Positions 26,600 through 37,569 of a stretch of 64,000 nucleotides of DNA are shown one piece after another (positions within the stretch are counted from its first letter, which is position 1; each line of letters opens with the position of its first letter). Made by a program: the position numbers and the translations under genes. The DNA comes from Octopus sinensis (Eukaryota). A model generated the notes under the pieces. It ran no database searches, was not told where the DNA came from, and saw only the letters and a program-made list of their open reading frames with translations. Location of the stretch: contig NC_043002.1 of NCBI RefSeq assembly GCF_006345805.1, positions 19,158,001 to 19,222,000 of the forward strand. The letters run 5' to 3'.

Positions 26600-26900
26600 C
26601 TGCAAAGATATAAAATAGTTTGCTTGCAGCTATTGGCATTGATCATGACCCAAAAGAAAAGCGACTTTTCATAGATAGCTCAGCAAGAAGTCTCAAAACA
26701 GTTTTAATGCAAAATGGAAATCAAGATCCATTTCTGCCTATTACTTACTCTATACAGGTGAAGGAACTATATGAAATGTCAAAAAGCTTCTTCAGAAAAT
26801 AAACTATGAGGAATAAAAGTAGGATTCTGTGGTGACTTTAAGAAGCTTGTCTCCTTGCTTAGATTGCAGGGTAGATACACAAAATATTCGTGTTGGAAGA
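26600..26900 (+). mobile_element. DNA-transposon transposase fragment (LFIDSS..SLK.VL..NGN type; superfamily not assigned)
   Basis: RLFIDSSARSLKTVLMQNGN...PITYSIQVKELYE resembles a widespread invertebrate transposase motif. Confidence 0.5.
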
Positions 26901-26959
26901 ATATAGCTGCAAATCTAGACATAGGCGGCAGGGGCCTTAATATAACATCGTTGTTATTT

Positions 26960-29900
26960 CTTCTTGTGATAGGAACTTAAATGCGGTGGAGACGCCTGTG
27001 TCTGAGGAGCCTTTTTAAGGAGAGCACAACTCACCCAAAATTTTGGTAAAGTGCGTGAAAAGGTGCACTAAACGTTGGGTAGTTTACTGCGGCTATTGGC
27101 GGTTCATTCAAGCAGGAAAGAAAAAAATGAATCACACAGCAAAACATTTATGAAAAAATGAATTAGAATAAATATTTGCTGTTGGAATGTCAGAACTCTT
27201 CTGGATGAAAGCTCTTCAAATCGACCAGAGAGAACCGGACTGGTAACAAAAGAATTTCAAAGATTAGATACAGATATTGCAGCCTTGTGAGAAACACGCC
27301 TATCAAGGTGTGATCGGCTGACTGAGGCGTCATCAAGTTTCACACTTTTCTGGACAGGGAAACCAAAAAGAGAACGGCGAAATGGTAGTGTAGGTTTTGC
27401 AGTGCTTGAAACTGTAGCACAACAATTAGAGTGCCCCTCTAGAATCAGTGACCGTATAATGAAGTTGCGGATACCACTTGCATGCAGGCGATATACAACA
27501 ATTCTGTCAGTTTATGCTCTAACTCCCAAAGTAATATGACATTCTATGAATCCTTTCGTGTCACAATTGTATCTACTTCAGTCGAAGAAAAAGTTATCAT
27601 TCTTTGTGATTTCAATGCCCGAGTTGGCAAACACCATGAGACATGGGATGCATTAGGCCATTACGGCATCGGTTAGATGAATGTCAATGGTCTGAAGCTG
27701 CTTGAGTCTTGTTCAGAGCTCAACCTAGCAATTGATAACAGATTCTTCCGCCAAAAGAAGAAGAATAAAGTTACCTGGATACATCCAAGGTCAAAAGATG
27801 GCCACATGATAGATTCCATTGTAACCTGGAGATGCGATCTGAATGATGTCTGCAATGTGCGTGTCATACGCGGTGCAAAATGTATCACAGACCATAAGAT
27901 GTTTCAGGGAAATTTAAGTTACGTATTCGGAAAAAATCTCGTATGTGTGGGATCAAAATTCTGAAGCGTATTGATGTCGCAAAGTTAAAACAGCAAGAGA
28001 TATCTGAGGCTTTGAAAAAACTTTTGAATGATATTGATTTCGATGGAACATAGATAAACTTCAGGGATCATTTGTACACAGCAGGAGCAGAACTTGGATT
28101 CATAATAAAAACAACATAAAGATTGATTTGATGATAATTATCTGGTTATCAGTCAACTTTTAATGAAAAAGCATGCTCTTCATGAAAAGCTTCCAGCAAA
28201 GTGCTCTAAGAATTTATCTGCTTTTAAAAAGACATATAAAGAATATAAAACCACCTTACTACGTGAGCATTCAAAGAGCTTATAACGCAAAGGATTTAAA
28301 ACTGTTCTATAGTCTTTTGCGTGTAGTATATGGTCCAACAACTTTGTCTATTGTTCCCATTAGGTCCAAGGAGATTACTGCCGTCATCAAAGAGTCAGAG
28401 AAAATCCTTAAACGTTGGCAAGAACATTTCACTAATTTATTTGATAAACCATCATCAGTTGATCATGATGAGCTAGATGGCGTCACTCAATGCCTTGTAA
28501 ATTTCAAAATGGATCGATTACCAAACTATAATGAGGTTAAAATGGCCATCAACCAGTTAAACACAGGTAAGGCACCTGGATCAGATGGAATTCTTGTAGA
28601 ACTGTTAAAGGTTGGTAATAAGAACATAACACAAACAATACTTCATCTCATCACAGAGTGGTGGGATGGAGTTCCTACACCACAAGACTGGATAGATGGT
28701 ATCTTGGTGATTTTGTTTAATGGCAAGGGGAATATCACTAACGCGATATCACCCTGATGGAGTCTGTAGGCAAAGTTCTTGTTAGGTTATTGTTGAAGAG
28801 GTTGATGAAAGACATTTGTCCTACAGTAATCCTTGAATCAGTAAGCTTTTGATAAAGTGAACAGAGGTGCACTGTGAAAAATATTTGGGAAAATAGGGTG
28901 CCCACCAAAATTTATTGATATGATCGTTCGACTGCACAGAAATATGAAGGCTTGGGTTGTCTTGAATGGAAAATTGTTCAATGAAATCCCAGTTGATAAT
29001 GGCGTGAAGCAGCGAGATATCCTGGTGTCCACACTGTTCTCAATATTTTTTACTGTGATGCTACCTCATGCATTCCAGGACTGTGTAAAAGGTATTCTAT
29101 TGAAAATTAAAACTACAGGAAGGATCTTTGACTCAAGAAGGTTCAATTTCAAATCAAAGGTGTTCCAAATATTAGAGAACTCTTGTATGCAGAGGATGTT
29201 GACTTTTTGACTCCCTCTCAGGATGACACGCAACATATCATGGATTGTTTGCAGCATATTGTAATGCCTTAGGCATGAAAATTATTTAAAAAAAGATTAA
29301 GGTAATGTTCACCCCATCACCAGGAGAAGCATATATCGAGCGAAATATTATGATGCATGGATCTAGGTTGGGTGTAGATGACACTTTTGCTTACCTGGGC
29401 AGCACATTATAAAGGGATGGTTCACTAGATGCAGAAATACACATGAGCATTCAGAAGGCCTCTGTAGCCTTTGGAAAACTCGAAAACATAGTGTGGGCAG
29501 ATCATGGCATCAAAATCAAGACCAAGATTAGTGTGCACAAGGCCTGCATGTTAAGTGCTCTGTTGTACTCTTCGGAAACGTGGACAGTACATCGTAAGCA
29601 GCTTAATTTGCTTGAACACTTTAACCAAAAGTGTTTAAGAAGAATCCTAAACCTCAAATGGCAACAGAAATTACCTGACACACAAATCCTTATAGATGTT
29701 GGCTGCCACAGCATTGAATCTCTCAAATGCGTTGGGTAGGCCATGTTGTGTTCATAAATGAGTAAAACTCCCAAAACAACTACTTTGCAATCAATTGCAC
29801 TCTGGGAAACGCTCTCATCACAAACCAAGAAAAAGATATAAAGGATTCCATAAAAAACAGCCTTAAAGATCTTCAGCTTGAAGATCAGATCTGAGAAGTG

Positions 29901-30435
29901 CTTGCTTTAAAGGGGTGTAAATGTGGAGGTTATGTGAAGGAAGGTTGCAGAATGTTTGAAGAGAGACGCCTTGATCATGAAAACCTTAAACGCCAACTTC
30001 GAAAAGGCCAAACTATGAACATCAAAAAGAACATGGTGAGCTGGATTTGTGAGGTGTGTGGTCATTTACTGCTCTCTAAATTTGGGTGCATCACTCATTG
30101 AAAATCACATAAAAAGCCAAATGTACGCAGCTCTATCCCTCCAATGTTAGGTGAGACAACATGCGTGGTATGCAAAAAGATCGGCAAATCAACATATGGT
30201 CTTAAAAGACATGTGTGGGTACACAAGGATAACATCCCACATGCTGACCCAATAAATCCAATAGAGGGAGCATTTTCGTCTGTCACGTTTGCTCCAGACC
30301 GTACAAATCTAATGCTGGACTTAAAAGCCACATAAGGGTCATGGGCGGACGTTTGGAGCTGATGATTGTTGATGGGAGCACATAGGAAGACGGCAATCAT
30401 CTGCAAAAATGAAGCAATCACAATGTATGTATGTG
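26960..30435 (+). mobile_element. Near full-length decayed RTE-clade LINE (APE, RT, C-terminal C2H2-like fingers, (TATG)n tail)
   Basis: CWNVRTLLD; CDFNARVG; TWIHPRSKDGHMID; KAPGSDGILVELLK; GVKQRDILVSTLFSIFF; LLYSSETW...LEHFNQKCLRRILNLKWQ; many stops and frameshifts. Confidence 0.9.
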
Positions 30436-31084
30436 TGTAGAGTTTAGCAAAAAACATGACCGTAAAGTAATATATGAATTCCTCCTAGAAACAATGATAG
30501 ATATCTTCAGTACACATGGCACCAGAAGTACGCGCATAAGTACTGAAAAAATATGCATGGAATGTGAAGAATTTTTAAGGGAATCTTAAGAGAAAGATGC
30601 TCGAGGAACATCTCCGTGGTTCACAGGATAAACAGTCCAAATTCTTTGAATCGCCATCAGTTACACAAGGTATGTGACTTCCCCATTCTTTTTGGTAGAC
30701 AACATATTGCATTAAAAAGTGGAATGTAGATATGCTCGTGGCCTGTATTCGGCATGGCAAACAAAAAAGTCACATAGTGAAGTGTATGAGATTACTAGTT
30801 TTAGATGTAGTGATCATTAGCGGGATCAAAATTTCTGAGACGCTCTCGCTTGCCGATTGAGAGGCTTACGTCTTTATCAGTCATTCCAAACCGTGATAGT
30901 TTTTTTTCTAGAAGCCCTGTACCCAGATGACCAGAATGTCGTCTTAGACGATGAATGCAGGAACCGTATGAGAGCATCTGACAGTAGAAATGATTTAACC
31001 CGCTCTGGTATTTCTGTCTGGTAAGTTTTGCACGGAATTTCCGAACACAAGAATGTGGACTTGTACAAATTGCAGTTGGCTATT

Positions 31085-31638
31085 TATTGGGTTGACCGGA
31101 AAGTTCGTGCCGATTTTTAAAGGAAAGAAAAAGGTCAATAGATACTTGCCATTACATTTTTAATTTACCAAATATGAACCATTTTGTTGCACAGTGCGTC
31201 TCCATCTTTCCTTTAACTTGAAAATACCCTCTTCCCAGAATTGAGCTGGTTTCATGGGAAAGAATTCATCAAGGTATCTTTTTACGTCATCCAAGGAATT
31301 GAAATTTTTACCATTAAGACTATTCTGCAGAGACCGAAGGAGCAATATCTGGTGAATATGGGGGGGGGGGTTAACACATCCCAGCCGAGCTGCAGCAATT
31401 TTTGTCTTGTTCCCAAAGCATCGAGTGCCGAAAATGAACTTGCTTATCTTCCATTTTAAAGGGTTACAGAATTAACACAGGTTATAGGAACATAAACCTT
31501 CTTCCACGAAAGATAGCTTAAACTGTGCTCTAAATGGAGGTGTAGTCAAATGCTATTTTATGGACTCAACCATGTTCTAAAATAAGTTGAAAGGTAAGCT
31601 ACTATAAATCGGCACGAACTTTCCGGTCAACCCAATAG
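31085..31638 (-). mobile_element. Internally deleted mariner element
   Basis: TA-flanked ~32-bp TIRs tattgggttgaccggaaagttcgtgccgattt / aaatcggcacgaactttccggtcaacccaata; SLQNSLNGKNFNSLDDVK...GIFKLKERW C-terminus. Confidence 0.9.
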
Positions 31639-32089
31639 TTTGGAGCAGATTATTGTGGGATAATCGAAAGAAATAATCTAAGCAGTCAACAATGTAGGAT
31701 AAGTGAAAGAAATAATCTGAGTAGTCAACATATACGTATGTACGCGTATATGTACGAGCTCATAAAAGAGTATGTTCATGAGTTTTTATGTAGACGAAAA
31801 ATAATATTGAAGAGAATATATTAATTTATTTCGACACGTTGCTATTACATTTTTCCACGGGCACGAATTTGATAACAAAAAAAAAAAAAAAATGAAAAAA
31901 GCATCGGAGTAACGAATGAGTAACGATTCCAATAAATAAATGAAGTTGTGGATTTTTAGATATCTCTATATAAGTAGAAGCAGTGTTTTAGGTAATACAA
32001 TGAAACACGGTCTCCATGTTGCTACATGTTTTTAGTATTTATTTAATTGACAACATAAACACTTAAAAATACAGAACACCGAATTTTAT

Positions 32090-32157
32090 TTAACATTGTT
32101 CCAGTCCATCAGTGGGAAATTTCCGCCAGCTTCCGTACATATGTTTTAACTTACAAC
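32090..32157 (-). CDS. Gene B terminal coding exon: (G)CKLKHMYGSWRKFPTDGLEQC*
   Basis: Acceptor tttttctttccag; TAA at 32090-32092 overlaps AATAAA (32085-32090). Spliced CDS = 76+123+132+68 = 399 nt (132 aa, 12 Cys in the mature part). Confidence 0.85.
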
Positions 32158-32593
32158 CTGGAAAGAAAAACGTCCAATAAATATTAAGCGTATTCATCAG
32201 AGAAAGCAACATTAGTCAAGAATCTCCTGAACTTTATCAGGATAAAATATAAGCTCAAGAGCGAATGACATAGCTCTAGACAAGAAATTTTAGACAAATT
32301 TAGTGTACGAATCTCGGGTACAATGGGTTGGAAATTCGACAATTGTATATTGTTGATGCTGGCTTGTAATCGCTCGCTAAGGATGAATAGAAACACGAAA
32401 TCCAATTATCAAAGGAGAGGTTCATGAAAAGAAGTATAAAATCAAACATACTTGAAAATCATGAATATGAGCGAAAGAAATTGTTTGTACAAGATATATG
32501 TACACAGGAACGTGTATCAATTAATTCAGATTATGAATCAATATAATAGCAGAGACTGATTCGTTACATCTTACAATCTATGGATATACATAG

Positions 32594-32825
32594 GGCGGCG
32601 AGCTGGCAGAGACGTTAACACGCTGGGCGAAATGCTCAGAGGTGTTTTGTCTGCCGCTACGTTCTGAGTTCAAATTCCGCCGAGGCCAACTTTGCCTTTC
32701 ATCCTTTCGGGGTAGATTAAATAAGTACCAGTTACGCACTGGGGTCGATGTAATCGACTTAATCCGTTTGTCTGTCCTTGTTTGTCCCCTCTGTGTTTAG
32801 CCCCTTGTGGGTAGTAAAGAAATAG
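32594..32825 (+). mobile_element. Nin-like tRNA SINE in the last intron of gene B
   Basis: Full head and body. Confidence 0.85.
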
Positions 32826-32832
32826 ATATACA

Positions 32833-32879
<47 letters not shown>

Positions 32880-32950
32880 CGATGGCACTCGAAGAAATCC
32901 AGCGAATCAACACAAAGGACTTTTACCAAACTTTGGCAAAACAATTTCTT

Positions 32951-33118
32951 CAATCTTCAGGTAATTGAAATATCAGACTCTATATTCGTTTGTCTGTCCT
33001 TGTATATATATGCATGTATATCTATTTCTTTACTACCCACAAGGGGCAAAACACAGAAGGGACAAACAAGGACAGACAAACGAATATAGAGTCTGATATT
33101 TCAATTACCTGAAGATTG
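32951..33118. repeat. 53-bp perfect inverted duplication spanning a SINE/unique-DNA junction
   Basis: 32951-33003 is the reverse complement of 33066-33118. Confidence 0.9.
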
Positions 33119-33308
33119 ACTGTAACCATAACTCGAATTATTACGAATTGGACAGCCATGAAACGATCGTAGTGTTTTACTCATTATCTTTTATTAAACT
33201 TTTAATACTTTTGATATATATTTAAAATAATATAAATTAATTATTTTATGTATTGGCTTAAGTTTTTCATTGTTTGATTTGCCTAATTGTGGTTTTATCT
33301 CTAATTTA

Positions 33309-33374
<66 letters not shown>

Positions 33375-33375
33375 G

Positions 33376-33406
<31 letters not shown>

Positions 33407-33511
33407 TGTGTGTGGTGTGTATATATATATACACATATATATACTTGCATACATACATACATATATACATACATACATACATACATACATACATACATAC
33501 ATACATACATA

Positions 33512-34062
33512 GTGGTGGCTGCCCCCTCGTTATCGAGTATGACCATTGCACGAAGCTTAATCAATGTTGTTATCGTGCAATGCCTGTACAAGAAGATTTT
33601 TTTTAAGTGAGGAAAGGCTGTGCACTGAGTTAATCCCACTCACTAAGCAACAGCAGCCATAATCCGAAAAGAAGAACAAGTCAACATCATCGGTAACCAC
33701 TGAGCCGCAGGTTTTATGTCGGAGTTATCCCAGTTACCTGAGTTACCTTCTAGAGGGATGCCCTAACAAAGGCTTGGAGTCCTTCACTCCCAATGGTTTA
33801 ACCGCGCGATCAGGTATTCAGTCCAATTATTTCTATATCCCCGCGCATGATACAGCCTTAAGACATTTATTGGATGGCCGTTGACTCTCAAGAGTTCCCT
33901 CGCCCTTTGACGGGTTTTGTTTTTCATCCCGCAGGGTGTCCAATAAACACCCTCCTCACCAAGCAAGCTTGGTGGGGTTGCCGGTTTAGTCGCCGACGAC
34001 CCGACCATGCAACAGGTTGTACTGGGTTACATGTTACCAGTAGCACTCGAAAGTGACCTGAC
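33512..34062 (-). mobile_element. RTE-derived non-autonomous element (5' UTR-like part fused to RTE 3' end), flanked by (TATG)n
   Basis: 3' end ttaagcttcgtgcaatggtcatactcgataacgagggggcagcc matches the RTE end at ~3515-3560; no RT ORF; 5' part resembles 48130-48540. Confidence 0.65.
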
Positions 34063-34144
34063 ATAACATACATACATACATACATACATACATACATACA
34101 TACATACATACGTACATACATACGTACATACATACATACATACA

Positions 34145-34176
<32 letters not shown>

Positions 34177-34238
34177 CATATATATATATGTGTGTGTGTG
34201 TATTGTGCATATACTACTAAATAATAAGGTTTACTTAC

Positions 34239-34370
34239 CCAGACCCAAATGTACGAATAATCTAGGTATATTGTTCTGTATCGTGCAGGAAAATCTTACA
34301 CAAAAATTACCAAGAACACCAAATTGTACGGCATTAATGTGTAAGCAATTTCCTGCATTATCCCTGCAAT
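34239..34370 (-). CDS. Gene B exon 4: Cys module 2, (Y)CRDNAGNCLHINAVQFGVLGNFCVRFSCTIQNNIPRLFVHLGL
   Basis: Acceptor ccttttttcag; donor CTGG|gtaagt; 132 nt, phase 1-1; shares YCxDNxGNCL with gene A exon 4. Not in the ORF track. Confidence 0.9.
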
Positions 34371-34460
34371 CTGAAAAAAGGTAACAAAAATTTAATTATG
34401 ACTCGCATACGTACGAACTGAGTACATACATACAAGCATACATATATAAAGGTGTGTGTG

Positions 34461-34538
<78 letters not shown>

Positions 34539-34599
34539 TGTCTGTGATTGTACTTTTGTATTTAATACTTTACAAGAGCGGAGACAGTGACTCTCGGCC

Positions 34600-35210
34600 T
34601 GTTAACCTTCTTCAGACTGTAACATTGTCTTTAGTTTTTCTTTACTAGTTTCAGCTCGAGAGCTGCGGTCATGCTGGGACACCGCGGTTAGCTTTGCTAC
34701 ACTTTCAGTACTTGAAACCTCCTCCAGTATATGACATTTGCTGAATGAGGGAGTTTGATGTTGCAACCCCCATCTGCATCTCTTGCTGCGTAGTAAGTTC
34801 ATCTGGAACTTTTAACAGGAGGAGAGTCAGTTTTGCTTTGAAGACGCCTATATCCGCCCTATGTAAGTCTCTCAGTTTTTTGGGGGAGGATACTAAAGAG
34901 CTGTGGGCCTTGAAACTCAAGCCGTTGCAGTACCTGGTCCTGTATCCTGATAGAAGTATTAGGATTTTTGGAACTGTGCAGTGGCGTTCCGTTCTGCTGT
35001 TTGTGTAACTGTCAATGCCAAAGTTTGGTAAAAGTCCTTTGTGTTGATTCGCTGGATTTCTTCGAGTGCCATCGTTAATTTTACACTGTGTGGTGACCAG
35101 AGTTGGGAGCAGTATGAGGACAAATGTCCTCCAGAGGACCATCATGATTTCCTGTTCTCTCGTTCTGAAAGTTCTAAGGATCCATCCAACCAACCGTCTG
35201 CATTTGATGT
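34600..35210 (-). mobile_element. CR1-group LINE 3' fragment
   Basis: GWILRTFRTREQEIMMVLWRTFV...VFKAKL..LLLKVPDE...TSNSL. Confidence 0.75.
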
Positions 35211-35315
35211 ATATATAAACACACACACACACACACAACACACACACACACGCACACACACACACACGCACACACACACGCATACACACACACACACACA
35301 CACACACATACACAC

Positions 35316-36562
35316 ACAAAGGTGAGTCAAAAGTTTTGCAACATTTGCATACGAGCTAGTTTGCAGCGTGTATATCATGTGACCTAAGCAGTTCAAGCCG
35401 TGGAAGGTACCTACTGAGGTTGGTAGTATCATGGTAGTTGGTGCGCCAACACGTTTGTGTATTGCTTCATTCCGTGTGTGATTTGAAAGCTGCTCAGATA
35501 TGAACGTGCAACGTAGACTAACTCGGTAACTTTTGTTTGGAGAGATCGAACTTGACCATAACGCCGCGAAAGCAGCCATACGCATTTCTCGTGTGAAAGG
35601 TAAAGGCGCAGTTGCTCACTGCACAGTAACAAGATGGTTCAAGAAATTTCGCTTCGGTTGCAAGAACCTCGACAATAGACAAGGTCGAGTAGACCTAAAA
35701 CCGTGAATTCCGAAGTCTTGCTTCAAATCATAGAGGCAAATCCGGCGAGTAGCACTCAGAGAGTATCAGGTGAGGTCGGCATCTTACAGTCCAGAGTAGT
35801 CCGTCACCTTCACGAGCTCGGGGAAAAGTATCCGGAACTGCAGAATTGTGTCTCACAAACTGATCCCAGCTCAAGCACAAACGCCAGTGGTTGTTTGCAA
35901 GGAACTCCTGGAAAACCGCGTGATCTGCATTCCTCAAGAGTTTAATAATATGCGATGAAAAGTGTATGCTGTTCCGCAATCCTAACGTACATAAGCAGTT
36001 GTTAAAAAAGGGCTAGCTTCGGAACCTGTCACCAAGATTAGGAGTTTCGAACAGAAGGTGATGCTCTGCGCCTGGGGGAATTATGAGTGTATAATTCGCT
36101 ACGAATTCATTCCGGACGGTCGAATTATTGATGCCAGCCAAAAAATACCACCAGCTGGAACCGGTTTATGCCACTATCCGGCAAAAATATCCGGCATTTA
36201 TTACCAGAAAGTAAGTTCTTCTGCAGCAAGAAAGTGCAATACCTCATACGTCTCAGACGACCCGAAATAAATTCCACGAACTTAAGAAAATCGAACTGCT
36301 GCCACACTCGGATTATTACTTGTTCCGATGTATAGCTCATATCCTGTGCTCGTAATACTTCATCGATCAAGAGGAGATGGAAGCTTCAGCGAAGAAGCTC
36401 TTCGCCACGAAGGACAGAAACTAATATCAGCATGGGATCAAAAACTGTCAGAAAAGACCCTGCAACAGGATAACATCTATTTGAATGTTAGGGTCCTTTT
36501 GTTGTAATTTGACGAATAAAGCTAAGTTACAAAAATATTGCAAAACTTTTGACTCAATCTAG
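35316..36562 (+). mobile_element. Decayed mariner transposon
   Basis: TIR-like ends gagtcaaaagttttgcaa / ttgcaaaacttttgactc; CDEK, KVMLC.WG, PH.S..T..K..EL remnants. Confidence 0.75.
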
Positions 36563-36574
36563 AATATATGTATG

Positions 36575-36700
36575 TGGAGGCGCAATGGCCCAGTGGTTAG
36601 GGCAGCAGACACGCGGTCGGAGGATCGCGGTTTCGATTCCCAGATCGGGCGTTGTGTGTGTTTATTGAGCGAAAACACCTAAAGCTCCACGAGGCTCCGA
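36575..36700 (+). mobile_element. tRNA-derived SINE 5' fragment
   Basis: ggcgcaatggcccagtggttagggc...ggtttcgattccc (A and B boxes). Confidence 0.7.
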
Positions 36701-36810
36701 AATTAATTAAAATCGCAATAGACATTAAGTATTTAAGAAATTATATATAAAAACAAAACTAATAGTTTGAGAGATGAATTATGTGACATGAATATTTCAG
36801 TCTTACTTAC

Positions 36811-36933
36811 AAGTTTGAAGAACTTTGATTATGCCCCCAACACATTCTACTTTCAAACAGGTATAAAGTCTTCTATATACACCTGTTGTACCATTACAAA
36901 TACACATTCCTGCTACGTAACATCCATTACATT
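36811..36933 (-). CDS. Gene B exon 3: Cys module 1, (E)CNGCYVAGMCICNGTTGVYRRLYTCLKVECVGGIIKVLQT
   Basis: Acceptor ttttttcttacag; donor ACTT|gtaagt; 123 nt, phase 1-1; 6 Cys. Confidence 0.9.
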
Positions 36934-37493
36934 CTGTAAGAAAAAAATCAAAACGTTGTTTACGTGAGGAGTGAAGCAGTATTCTATGGCATAATTGAAA
37001 AGAAAGTTCCGGAGGTATAGAATAATTGACAGATATTTTGAGAAAAATCATATGGGCGGCTTATGAATATTGACTTAGGAGGAACATGTGTTAAATACGG
37101 ACATAAAAGAAAAATAGTCACTGATTTGTTGTAAGTTTGCAATATAACCCTTTTTTTTTTAGCACAACTGTATGTAAGAAATCTAGAATGCTTATTTACA
37201 TAAGAGAGATGTCTACTGTTTGAATCCAGAAAAGTACGTCAGGAAGCCATTCTACACATGCGTTAGTAATTATGCTTTTGTGCAAAGTTATGTTTTGGAA
37301 AGCGACTGTTAAATGTGGCTATTACAATGTGAATTATTTCTTTACTGAATAAGCGTTTAAGCTTTATTTCCTGTAAGATTCGGAGAAATATCTTGGAAGG
37401 TTTTAAATATTAGCTGGGCACATATCAGTGTCCTATAAAGTCAACTCAGTGGTATGAATAGAAAATCAGTAATTTATGAATACTGAAACATAC

Positions 37494-37569
37494 CTGTACG
37501 ACCAAATGAAACCACAACAACAATTATTGGAAGTAGAAGAAAAAACAAAGCTCTCAGAAGCATACACAT
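37494..37569 (-). CDS. Gene B exon 2: signal peptide MCMLLRALFFLLLPIIVVVVSFGRT
   Basis: Acceptor ctactttacag|ATG; donor ACAG|gtatgt; 76 nt, phase 1; strongly hydrophobic. Confidence 0.9.
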
